From assembly GCA_964016885.1 (NCBI GenBank), contig OZ024743.1, forward strand, positions 154,442,001-154,506,000: 64,000 nucleotides of DNA, read 5' to 3'. Position numbers and translations under genes: made by a program. Origin of the DNA: Eledone cirrhosa. Lineage: Eukaryota. Of the stretch, positions 52,182 through 64,000 are shown piece by piece; position 1 is the first letter of the stretch; each line of letters begins with the position of its first letter. The notes under the pieces are model-generated. The model saw only the letters and a program-made list of their open reading frames with translations. It ran no database searches and had not been told where the DNA came from.

Positions 52182-55100
52182 ATGTATGTTATCTCTTTCT
52201 CTTAATTTCGAGTATATTTTTTTTGACCGGTCACCTTCCTGGTGGCAAGGTTGTAAAAGAAAAGAAATTATTATCCCTTGAATCGCAAGAATGTTTTGCA
52301 AATTTTGAAGGTGCCAGCTATCGGAGCCATTTGTAGACTATGAATTAGGGAGCTGCGCTTTTTGCCCGCAAATCCAAGTTCAGTCATACTTTGGTCCAAG
52401 CGGGTTGGTATATAACCCGTAGCTCCAATAATGATGGGTATGAAGCTAAAGGTGTATCTTGGATACTGGATTTGTAAACCCCTCATCAATGGTCCATAGA
52501 TGTCCTTCTTCTCCTGTATTTTTCTGACAACGTTTACATCAAGTGGGCAGCTGATCACCACAACAGAACACATTTTCAATGTGTGGTCCCAAACAGCAAT
52601 TTCAGGCCGGTTGTGCTTTAATTGGTGGCAGTTTTTATTTTCAGGTTCCACCTGTATTCTTTAGTGCCATCTGTCTCAATATATTCTTCCTCGTTTGTTG
52701 TTAATTTTGTTTTCCGAAGTGCGTTCCAGATGGTTCTAGCTATCCCATCGTGTCTCATGGGGAGGTAGTAGCGAGATGACATTCTTTCGCAGCCCGGCAA
52801 CAATGTGGCTTACATCCTCGATCTTTGTTTTACATAGCCTACATTTATTGTCAACTGCTGGCCCTCCTCTTTTGTGCAGCACATATTTGGTAGGGAGTTC
52901 TTGTTCCTGTATTGCATATAGATATCCCTCAAGTTGTGATGTCATAAACTTGTCGGAACTCCATGCCAGGCTTTTTGAGTGGTTTATGCCTCTATGGTCT
53001 GTGTTTTACGCCTCAAGTATCCATGCACAACTTTTTCTGTAAATTGGTCAATTTTTTTTCCTTGTTTGAACATTGAATACGATCTTCCGATTTCTCTGGG
53101 TGAGAGATTTATATCAGGCTTTATTCCATATCTCTCCTCCAGATCAGTCGCTATTCTAATGATTTTGTTTTGTTCATGCTCATAAACCTGGGCAAGATGG
53201 TTGCCAAGCTTTTTCTTCTGTTGAAGGTGTTGCTTCAGTGTTAGTATCCGGGTCTCATATGTTGTTAATATTGATTTTAGACCCCGGCAACCTACCCTGC
53301 GTGAGAAGTATAACCTATCCACATCACCATTGATGTTAAAGTTCCCAGTAACACTGAGAAGTTTGCGAGTTCTAACATCCATCTCACTTAGTTCTTGCAA
53401 TGACCAGTTCAGCAGGCCAAATGTTGGCGTTAGAATTGGCACAGCATAAGTATTGTGGGCAATGCATTTGTTGTACGCTGACAGTTTTTGATGACCATAT
53501 TTTCTTTACTCTTCTGAGGTATTCAGATCTGGTTCTATCCTTATTTATGGGTCCATCATATCTGACAATCCCATCCTGTCCAAGATATCTGTAGCTGTCA
53601 CCTGACTGTAGAGGTTGTATTGTCAGGCCGTTCATCTCTAGATTTCTCTTGCACTTTTTACTGCCAAATATGCACACTTGGACACACCAAATTTCATTTT
53701 GATGTCTGTTGAAAATTGTATAATGAGGTCCAATTGTTTCTTGATGTCATTGATATTTGGCACATACAACTTCAGGTCATCAACAAAGAAAAGATGGGAG
53801 ATACTTCTGTATCCACTTCTTTGTCCACCTTGTTTCCTGAGTAGGTAAGATAGTGGATTCAGTGAGAGAACGAAGAGTAGCACTGACAAGCTATCACCCT
53901 GAAATATGCCCTTCTGGTAATGTATCTTATCAGTCTTAACTTGCTCCTTCTTACCTCTAAGGATCAAATTGGTGTACCTGTTCTTGGTCAGGCGTTCAAC
54001 AGCATCTACGAATGGTTGTGGGACTTTGGTTAACTGTAAAGCCTTAATAATCCACCCATGAGATACACTATCAAATGCTTTTTGATAGTCCAGCCACACC
54101 ACAGTCATGTTTCTGCGATACTTTGTTGTTTTTTCCTGAATCATTTTGTTAGTTAGTAGGTGATCTATGAAACCCCACACCTCTCTCTTTCCACCAGCTT
54201 GCTCAGGTGTTATGATGTTGTTGGTAGCACAGTGATCCTGTAAGAACAGGTTAAGGCAGCCAGTATATAATTTATACATGATGTTTTGGCAGGATATTGG
54301 GCGGTAATTTTTAGCAAAGGTGGTTTGGCTGTTTTGGGGAATGAGGAAAGTAGTGGCAGTTGTTAACCATCTGGGCAGTTCTTGTGTGCCTTTAATTGTT
54401 TCTGTAAACAGCCGTATGAGATCATGCCGATAGAAAGTGAAATTCTTCAAACAGTATCCTGTAATGACGTCTGAGCCTGGCGATTTCCTATTTGACATTT
54501 TCTGTAGAGCTGTTTCCAGTATTGACCCATCTATGTCATATTGATTTGTCTGGACATGTTGGCAGTAGTCCTGTTCCAATTCTTTTAGCCAATTAGTTTG
54601 TCTGTTGAATCCGTAATCCGTTTCACATACAGATGTCCAGTAGCTCTCAACCTGTTCTTTTGAAGGGGTGTCGTTTACAGGGATTGAGCTTTTGCCACCG
54701 AAGCTGCGATAAACTGATTTAGGATCTCTGGCAAACAATCTATTTAGCACTTGTCGTTTATGTGCTGTTGACTTATATTTTAGTCTTTCTGTTGTAGCTG
54801 TGAGTTGTTGTTTCAACTGGTGTAATTTGGAGTTCAAAGTTTTAAATTTTGTATCTCCAAACGTCTCTCTAACTTTTTCTTTAGGTTTTCCTGGTGTCGT
54901 GTGAAGTTGCTCTCTATGTTGCATCTCATAACGACTGCGATGTGTGAGATACTTCGTCTCAGGGACAACATTTTGGTTTTTAAATTTCGCATCCACGCTG
55001 GTTCAGGCTTTCTGTTTGTATCTTGATTGCGTGGTTTTAGATGTGTGTTATATGATAGCAATGTGACAGCTGAAACATATAACAAAACATTAAGCGTTTC

Positions 55101-56264
55101 AAATGTCGTTTCTACACCTTTAGATCGTATAGCCTTCAGATAATTGCCAGCTATTTCGTTCACCGCTTCCGATTCCAATTTAGTGGTTTCTTTAGTGATT
55201 CTGGTGTTGTATGGTCTGTCACTCACATTAAGGCTATATAACCCTTGAAACATATCGTTCCATGTCACTTGTAGGGTGTCCACAAGTTTATGGTGCTCTG
55301 TTTGTTCAGTAGAGTCATGAATTTCAGCCTCGTTGTTGATGTGGTGACAATTGCTACATGAGTTAGCTGACCTTTCTCGCTGTTCTTCAGTGGAAGTGGG
55401 ATGGATTTCAGCAAAATTGTTGGTGAACTGTTCACTGTTAGATTTAGCTGGCCTTTCTCTTTGTCTGTTAGTGGAGGTGGGGTGGTTGTCTACAAGGGCT
55501 GTATCTGTAGTATTACTCAATTCCGTTAGATGTATCAATTTACATCTAATGATACGTTTTGCCTGTTCATTTAAATGCTTTGGAGAAAAGTCTAATTCTG
55601 GGTGTTTGGAGTTCCATAAAGTTTTTAGCCTTTGCATAAAACAGACCTTTTGGGGTTCAGATTGTTTGTATGCTTCACATAATACTTTGTTAAGCTCGTA
55701 GCTCGACTGTATACAACGGTTGAAGTTGCAATTTGGTCGAAGGAGACTTGTACTTTTTGCCATGATGAGTTCGTCTATTCACTAATATTTCGTATTTATT
55801 TTTCAAAATAGTCGATGATCTTCTTTAAAAGTTTCGACAAAGTTCTCTCAGAATCAAATTTAAAGTTATTCACAGCTCGGGTAATATTTCTTTTCAGTTA
55901 GTTTTTAATTCTACAACTGTGTTTTAAACGTTGTTCTTGAAGCGTTTGAATCGAGAACAAAAAGAATCGTTACTTAGTATATTTCTTTATGAATGTAATA
56001 TAATATAACAACGCTGTATTTATATGTTAAAGTTTATGTATCATTCATATAAATAGGTGTTCGACAACTTATTCACAACATATTCACAGTTCAAACACTT
56101 ATGTTTTGGTTTCTGAATCGAAAAACGACGTTGCATTTATATGTTAAAGTGTATGTATCGTTCATATATCATAACTGTATGTATCGTCCACATAAATAGG
56201 TGTTTTACAACACACTTACAGTTCAAACATTTATGTAGAATTATTGTATGTAATCTTACCGCGT
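52182..56264 (-). mobile_element. R4/Dong-clade-like non-LTR retrotransposon (RT + CCHC + restriction-like endonuclease), copy A, frameshifted
   Basis: ORF ~55763-52271 in pieces: NYRPISC, WLDYQKAFDSV, GIFQGDSLS, HLFFVDDLK, YRYLG, CRLC..H..C, RHD, HNRPE/D. Confidence 0.9.
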
Positions 56265-56274
56265 ATGTATATAT

Positions 56275-59200
56275 TTATGTTATCTCTTTCTCTTAATTTC
56301 CAGTATATTTTTTTCACCGGCCACCTTCCTGGTGGCAAGGTTGTAAAATTAAAGAAATTGTCATCCCTTGAATCGCAAGAATGTTTTACAAATTTTGAAG
56401 GTGCCAGCTATCGCAGACTATGAATTAGGGAGCTGCATTTTTGTCTGCAAATCCAAGTTCAGTCATACTTTGGTCCAAGCGGGTTGGTATATAACCCGTA
56501 GCTCCAATAATGATGGGTATGTAGCTAAAGGTGTATCTTGGATACTGGATTTGTAAACTCCTCATCAATGGTCCGTAGATGTCCTCCTTCTCCTGTATTT
56601 TTCTAACAACGTTTACATCAAGTGGGCAGCTGATCTCCACAACAGAACACGTCTTCAATGTGTGGTCCCAAACAAAAATATCAGGCCGGTTGTGCTTTAA
56701 TTTGGTGGCAGCTTTTATTTTCAGGTTCCACCAGTATTCCTTAGTGCCATCTGTCTCAATATATTCTTCCTCGTTTGTTGTTAATTTTGTTTTCCGAAGT
56801 GCGTTCCAGATGGTTCTAGCTATCCCATCGTGTTTCGTGGGGAGGTAGTAGCGAGTGACATTCTTTCGCATCTGGCAACAATGTGGCTTACATCCTCGAT
56901 CTTTGTTTTACATAGCCTACATTTATTGTCAACTGCTGGTCCTCCTCTTTTGTGCAGCACATATTTGGTAGGGAGTTCTTGTTCCTGTATTGCATAGAGA
57001 TATCCCTCAAGTTGTGATGTCATAAACTTGTCGGAACTCCATGCCAGGCTTTTTGAGTGGTTTATGCCTCTATGGTCTGTGTTTTACGCCTCAAGTATCC
57101 ATGCACAACTTTTTCTGTAAATTGGTCAATTTTCTTTTCTTGTTTGAACATTGAATACGATCTTCCGATTTCTCTGGGTGAGAGATTTATATCAGGCTTT
57201 ATTCCATATCTCTCCTCCAGATCAGTCGCTATTTTAATGATATTTTTTTTTTTTATGCTCATAATCCTGGGCAAGATGGTTGCCAACCTTTTTTCTCTGT
57301 TGAAGGTGTTGCTTCAGTGTTACTATCCGGGTCTCATATGTTGTTAATATTGATTTTAAACCCCGGCCACCTTCCTTGCGTGAGAAGTATAGCCTATCCA
57401 CATCACCATTGATGTTAAAGTTCCCAGTAACACTGAGAAGTTTTCGAGTTCTAACATCCATCTCACTTAGTTCTTGCAATGACCAGTTCAGTAGGCCAAA
57501 TGTTCGCGTTAGAATTGGCACAGCATAAGTATTGTGGGCAATGTATTTGTTGTATGCTGACAGTTCTGATGACATATTTGCTTTACTCTTCTGAGGTATT
57601 CAGTTCTGGTTCTCTCCTTATTTATGGGTCCGTCATATCTGACATTCTCATCCTGTCCAAGATATCTGTAGTTGTCACCTGACTGCAGAGGTTGTATTGT
57701 CAGGCCGTTCATCTCTAGATTTCTAGGGGAGGGCACAGCTCTTCTACGTTTTATTGCCAAATATGCACACTTGGACTCACCAAATTTCATTTTGAGGTCG
57801 GTTGAAAATTGTGTAATGAGGTCAAATTGTTTCTTGGTGTCATTGATATTTGGCCCATACAACTTCAGGTCATCAACAAAGAAAAGATGGGAGATACTTC
57901 TGGGCCCACTTCTTTGTCCACCCTGTTTCCTGAGTAGGTAAGATAGTGGATTCAGCGAGAGAACGAAGAGTAGCACTGACAAGCTATCACCCTGAAATAT
58001 GCCCTTCTGGCAATGTATCTTATCAGTCTTAACTTTCTCCTTCTCACCTCTAAGGATCAAATTGGTGTACCAGTTCTTGGTCAGGCGTTCAGCAGCAGCT
58101 ACCAATGGTTGTGGGACTTTAGCTAACTGTAAAGCCTTAATAATCCACCCATGAGGTACACTATCAAATGCTTTTTGATAGTCCAGCCACACCACAGTCA
58201 TGTTTCTGCGATTCTTTGTTGTTTTTTCCTGAATCATTTTGTTAGTTAGTGGGTGATCTATGCAACCCCACACCTTCCACTTTCCACCAGCTTGCTCAGA
58301 TGTTATTATGTTGTTGGTAGCACAGTGATCCTGTAAGAACAGGTTAAGGCACCAAGTATATAATTTATACATGATGTTTTGGCAGGCTATTGGGCGGTAA
58401 TTTTTAGCAAGGGTGGTTTGGCTATTTTGGGGAATGAGGTGAGTAGTGGCAGTTGATAACCATCTGGGCAGTTCTTGTGTGCCATTAATGGGTTCTGTAA
58501 ACAGCCGTATGAGATCTTGCCGATAGAAAGTGAAATTCTTCAACCATATCCTGCAATGAGGTCTGGTCCTGGCGATTTCCTATTCGACATTTTCTGTTGA
58601 GCTGTTTCCAGTATTGACCCATCTATGTCATATTGTTTTATCATATTGTTTTATCTGTCATATTGTTTTATTAGTCCTGTTCCAGTTCTTTTAGCCAATT
58701 AGCTTGTCTGTTGAATCCGTCATCCGTTCCCCATACAGATCTCCAGTAGCTCTCAACCTGTTCTTTTGAAGGGGTGTCGTTTACAGGAATTGAGCTTTTG
58801 CAACCGAAGCTGCGATAAACTGATTTAGGATCTCTGGCAAACAATCTATTTAGCACTTGTCGTTTATGTGCTGTTGACTTATATTTTAGTCTTTCTGTTG
58901 TAGCTGTGAGTTGTTGTTTCAACTGGTGTAATTTGGAGTTCAAAGTTTTAAATTTTGTATCTCCAAATCGTCTCTCTAACTTTTTCTTTAGGTCTTCCTG
59001 GTGTCGTGTGAAGTTGCTCTCTATGTTGCATCTCATAACGACTGCGATGTGTGAGATACTTCGTCTCAGGGACAACATTTTGGTTTTTAAATTTCCATCC
59101 ACGCTGGTTCTGGCTTTCTGTTTGTATCTTGATTGCGTGCTTTTAGATGTGTGTTATATGATAGCAATGTGACAGCTGAAACATATAACAAAACATTAAG

Positions 59201-60460
59201 CGTTTCAAATGTCGATTCTACACCTTTAGATCGTATAGCCTTCAGATAATTGCCAGCTATTTCGTTCACCGCTTCCAATTCCATATTAGTGGGTTCTTTA
59301 TTGATTCTGGTGTTGTATAGAATGTCACTCATATTAAGGCTGTGTATCTCTTGAAATATATCGTTCCATGTCACTTGTAGGGTGTCCACAAGTTTTTGGT
59401 GCTCTGTTTGTTCAGTAGAGCCATGAATTTCAGCCTCGTTGTTGATGTGGTGACAATTGCTACATGAGTTAGCTGACCTTTCTCGCTGTTGTTCAGTGGA
59501 AGTGGGATGGATATCAGCAAAATTGTTGGTGAACTGTTCTCTGTTAGATTTAGCTGGCCATTCTCTTTGTCTGTCAGTGGAGGTGGGGTAGTTGTCTACA
59601 GGGGCTGTATTTGTAGTATCACTCAATTCCGTTAGATGTATCAATTTACATCTAATGATACGTTTTGCCTGTTCATTTAAATGCTTTGGAGAAAAGTCTA
59701 ATTCTGGGTGTTTGGAGTTCCATAAAGTTTTTAGCCTTTGCATAAAACCGAACTTTCTGGGTTCAGATTGTTTGTATGCCTATTATAATACTTTGTTAAG
59801 CTTGTAGCTCCACTGTATACAACGGTTGTAGTTGCGATTTGGTCGAAGGAGACTTGTACTTGTTGTCATGATGAGTTCGTCTATTCACTACTATTTCGTA
59901 TTTATTTTTCAAAATAGTCGATGATCTTCTTTAAAAGTTTCGACAAAGTTCTGTCAGAATCAAATTTAAAGTTATTCACAGCTTGGGTAATATTTCTTTT
60001 CAGTTAGTTATTAATTCTACAACTGTGTTTTAAACGTTGTTCTTAAATCGTTTGAATCGAGAACAAAAAGAACCGTTACTTAGTATATTTCTTTATGAAT
60101 GTAATATAATATAACAACGCTGTATTTATGTTAAAGTTTATGTATCATTCATATAAATAGGTGTTCTACAACTTATTCACAACATATTCACAGTTCAAAC
60201 ACTTATGTTTTGGTTTCTGAATCGAAAACGTTACCTTTATATTTCTTTATAAATGTAATATAACAACGTTGCATTTATATGTTAAAGTGTATGTTAAGGT
60301 GTTTACAACAGACTTACAGTTCAAACACTTATGTAGAATTATTGTATGTAATCTTACCGCGTCATGTAGCTCAACTTTTTCCAATATATGGTATGTTGCC
60401 TTCATGTAAGCCGTAATTACACACGTCCGATTATCGGACACTGACCACAACGGTCGCCAT
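56275..60460 (-). mobile_element. R4/Dong-clade-like non-LTR retrotransposon, copy B, frameshifted, longer 5' UTR
   Basis: Colinear with copy A; ATG at 59869; KHNRPDI..VVEISCP motif; 5' end abuts (TATG)n at 60461-60495. Confidence 0.9.
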
Positions 60461-60465
60461 TTATG

Positions 60466-60496
<31 letters not shown>

Positions 60497-60591
60497 TCAT
60501 TTATGTAAATACGTATGTGTGTACGTATATTTGAATGCATGGATATATTTATGTAGGTGATTGTGTTTGTATTTTTCTCTCTCTTTCACCG

Positions 60592-60671
<80 letters not shown>

Positions 60672-60736
60672 CTATTCAGTACCGCACCTCATTGTATCCC
60701 TCCGCTTCCTCCTCTCCTACGGTACTTTAACCCTTT

Positions 60737-60850
<114 letters not shown>

Positions 60851-61329
60851 GTGTATGTGTATGTGTGTGTGTGTATGTGTGTATGTGTATGTGTATGTAT
60901 GTGTGTGTGTCTGTCTGTGAGTGTGTGTTTGTGTGTTTATAAATATGTGTATACGTAGATTTTTATCCTGGCCTTGCCACTAAAATATATTCGCTGATGC
61001 CGAGAACACTTTAACGACGAGTATAGATGTAAATAGGACTGTACGATTCATCCACTAAGAAGGGCCGCGCGGTGTCATTCACAATCCGCCCGATAATTTG
61101 ATAAATTTGGAACAGTGCTGTCGGGAATATGACTTATTATTCCTCTTTTTAGTATGTATACATTTTCCAGCATATTACTTGTATTAAATATGCGTACACA
61201 AATACTACGTGTCTCTCAATTAATATATGACTCTTTGTCTCTTTAAATATATCTTTTGAATTTGAATTATTGATGTTTTGAACGAAGGTCCATTGAGCTT
61301 ATTTAAAGAGAAATCCCGGGTATCATGCA

Positions 61330-61770
61330 CATTACATATTTTGATATCTTGAGTGAGTGTTTTGTAGGAAACGATACCAATCAAAGAAAAATTTGTTTTT
61401 TTTCCGCACTATATGCTCAAAGAGTTATGGATTACATACTAAAGAGCGTGGAATATTGGTGAGAACTCGTTTTGAGTTGATGCAGACAGAATGAGGTGTT
61501 TGTAGGTTTTCAAGGAAGCGATAAAGTTCCTGACCATGGGATCCTGGCCTGAGAGGCGTCTCACTGCAACTAGTTCACTTGATCAGTACGGGGTGTATCC
61601 GGCACTGGGCTATTGTAGCATGTCTTCTTATGAACAACGGACTTCACTGAGAGAAGCAATGTCAACATTCAGTCTTGACAGCTCGTGTGGGATTAATGTT
61701 GTCGGCTGTGTCCTGCATGGTTCTGATATTCCAAAATGCGATTTTCAGTCCTTTCATCCGTCCATGTTGG
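61330..61770 (-). pseudogene. Decayed RTE(BovB-like) LINE AP-endonuclease N-terminal fragment
   Basis: Manual translation LKIAFWNIRTMQD..HELSRLNVDIASLSEVR..AGYT matches the RTE APE start; several stops and frameshifts. Confidence 0.75.
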
Positions 61771-64000
61771 TGTGTGCTTTTGTCCTTGGCGTTTTTTGAC
61801 TGCATGAGGAGACGCCCATTGTCAGGGAATGTATGAGACGATCTTTGGTTAGGCCACGTTTTCTAGACCACTCTCCATGTTGAGCAAGCAATGTTGTCCA
61901 TAGAGAAGGCTTCTTCTGGGTGTGATATTGTCTTCGCCATAGAGAAGGCTACTTCGGGGTGTTATATTGTCTTCTCCGGGGTTATCATCGGACAACAAAA
62001 CTACTGAACCGGCTGCATGCTGAATACGGACTGCGGCTTTCACTGTCACCGTAAAATTGTCACGTTCACCACTTACGCATCACTTTAGAGATTGGAGTGT
62101 TTGGTGGTCTAGGACAAGTCCTTCGTGTATGTGCAGTGGAGTTTTCAAATCCAGATGTTAATAGCCCAGTATTCGAGCTGGTTCATGTGGGTGATGACCA
62201 TAATGCACGAGGGTTTGGATATCAGGTTTAGCTCCGATATCTGTTCTTAGGTGAGGCTATGGAAACTGAAATACGTGGTGTGGTGTTGATGATGATTCAT
62301 AGGAGACAGATGTAGTTAGTGGTGCTCTAGAAATAATCCAAGTCGGAGGATTCAACGCTTTTGTCAGTGTATTAACAGAGAGGCGTACAGGAAACGAATC
62401 ATAAATGGGTACACCGTCGAGGCTAAAGGCTTATCAAATGTGTAAGTGACTGTTAATTTGAGATCAGTAGAATCATTTAATAACTTTATGTTAATTGTTG
62501 ACATGTACGGAAACTCTTAGTAATAAGGATTCTAGGATTCTGAATTTGCATTAAGAGACATGAAGTGGTCCTACCACGTTAGAGGAAGAGACTTGTTATA
62601 ATGACGTGTTCGTGCTGAGTTGGTAGAAACTTGGTAGTCTATTGTTCCATATTCAGAAGTTGCATTTTAACCTACGAGTTTTCCGCAGTTGAAAATATTG
62701 ACTTAGTTGGTGTTTATTCGGTCCTTGATCCGCGTTGTGTTAAGGTGAAGTGGGGATCGAGCATGAGGAGCTCGAGACAGGTTTGTGAAAATAATCTGAT
62801 CAGATCCGTGCTGAGACGTTTGATGTGGTTGACTTGTGGACTCTCGTTGATTACCGTGCTGGTTGTTTTCATGGTGGTACCGTGGTTATCCTCATATTGA
62901 CATTGATTTTAGTGTAGTGAGAAAGAAAATAGTTGTCGCATACTTTTGAGATACAATAATATTTTTAAGGACAGATTATTGATATATTCTGATTGAAATT
63001 ACGATCAAAGCTAACAATAAACCAATGACCATGAACTATCTATGACTCAAACGCCACAAGAGATAGGCGGCTTGTTAACATCACCACCACAGTCACTACC
63101 ACTATGAGAACATAAATACTACCCTCTCCCTCAAACCTTTCATTCACTAACAAAATTAGGTGTGATTGCGATATGCACACAAACTCGATACACCCATGGC
63201 CCTACAAGTTTGAACGTGAACACAAACTATGTAAAGGTCTAATGATACACTCCAATACACTCCGATATCCCTATTATTACTCTGAATTTAGATATCATAT
63301 AGAAAATATCGAATACTAATAAACATTGCCAATATAGCATCCATATTCTATTCTGTTATGTTATACCTAATCTACAACTGTGTTTTAACTCTCTCTCACT
63401 TTAACTTCCTTATGCTGCCTTGTTACATCAACATTCTCGATTGTAGCTGCTTCCAAATTCCCTGTCTTTCCACACATGCGATTCCAATATCCTACCGCCC
63501 CACAAACACAAACACTTACACGCATTTATATATATATATATATATGCAAAATGTATTTCCTCTTTAGGTAAGATACTATATAAATATAATTTCATTAATA
63601 AAATCCAATTTGCGAATGATTGATTTATACTCAATGAAATATCTAAACTATTATAAAGGAAGGTCTGCGGGACTGCGTTCGGTTTATTTCTTTTAATCCA
63701 GTTATTAAAATAAGTTGGATTACTTTGAATAAATAATGAATATTACATAATTTATGTATTAAAATACGTAAACAAATAATTTCGAAAAAATAATTTAAAA
63801 TTGACATCTTTTCAAACTTGCACTTCCTTTATATCGTAGAAAGAGAGAGTGTGTGATGAGAGAGATAGAGGGATTATGATTTTCTACACGCTGACGCGTA
63901 TGAGTATATAACTATTATAAGTATATAACTATAATCGCGTAAACAGAAACTTATAAAAACTGACGCTCACCGATATAATTTACACAAGTACACGTACTTT

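Noticed and set aside
60361-60460. Small hairpins at the 5' end of the R4-like element as a possible HDV-like ribozyme
   Set aside because: GACC/GGTC and TCCGAT/ATCGGA hairpins are present, but I could not assemble the nested double pseudoknot.
61849-62900. Short ORFs upstream of the RTE fragment, including a duplicated GEDNITPR peptide
   Set aside because: Explained by a 42-bp local duplication; no domain recognised.

Overview
AT-rich, microsatellite-dense eukaryotic (most likely invertebrate animal) genomic DNA. I found no recognisable host gene. Positions 1-47.5 kb are a mosaic of Penelope-like retroelements (PLEs; reverse transcriptase plus C-terminal GIY-YIG endonuclease) of two types: a YVDD Neptune/Nematis-like type and a YRDD Naiad-like type. 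The mosaic also holds solo pseudo-LTRs, fold-back (inverted) insertions, three non-coding tandem-repeat families and one non-autonomous Helitron, nearly all separated by (TA)n tracts. Reading the repeats by eye gave about 35 type I hammerhead ribozyme (HHR) motifs from roughly a dozen sequence families. Most have a palindromic stem III. They include a recurrent U3-A8 compensatory core (UUGAnAA), a conserved U4C core (CCGAAGA) and long stem II insertions. Three ORF-less repeat families (~318, ~420 and ~479 bp monomers, one HHR per monomer) look like non-LTR retrozymes, i.e. candidate circular-RNA producers mobilised by PLEs. Positions 47.5-64 kb differ in character: two head-to-tail R4/Dong-like RLE retrotransposons bounded by (TATG)n, a decayed RTE endonuclease fragment and low-complexity DNA. 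All calls come from manual motif reading. Family assignments and element boundaries are approximate, and no folding or database search was run.
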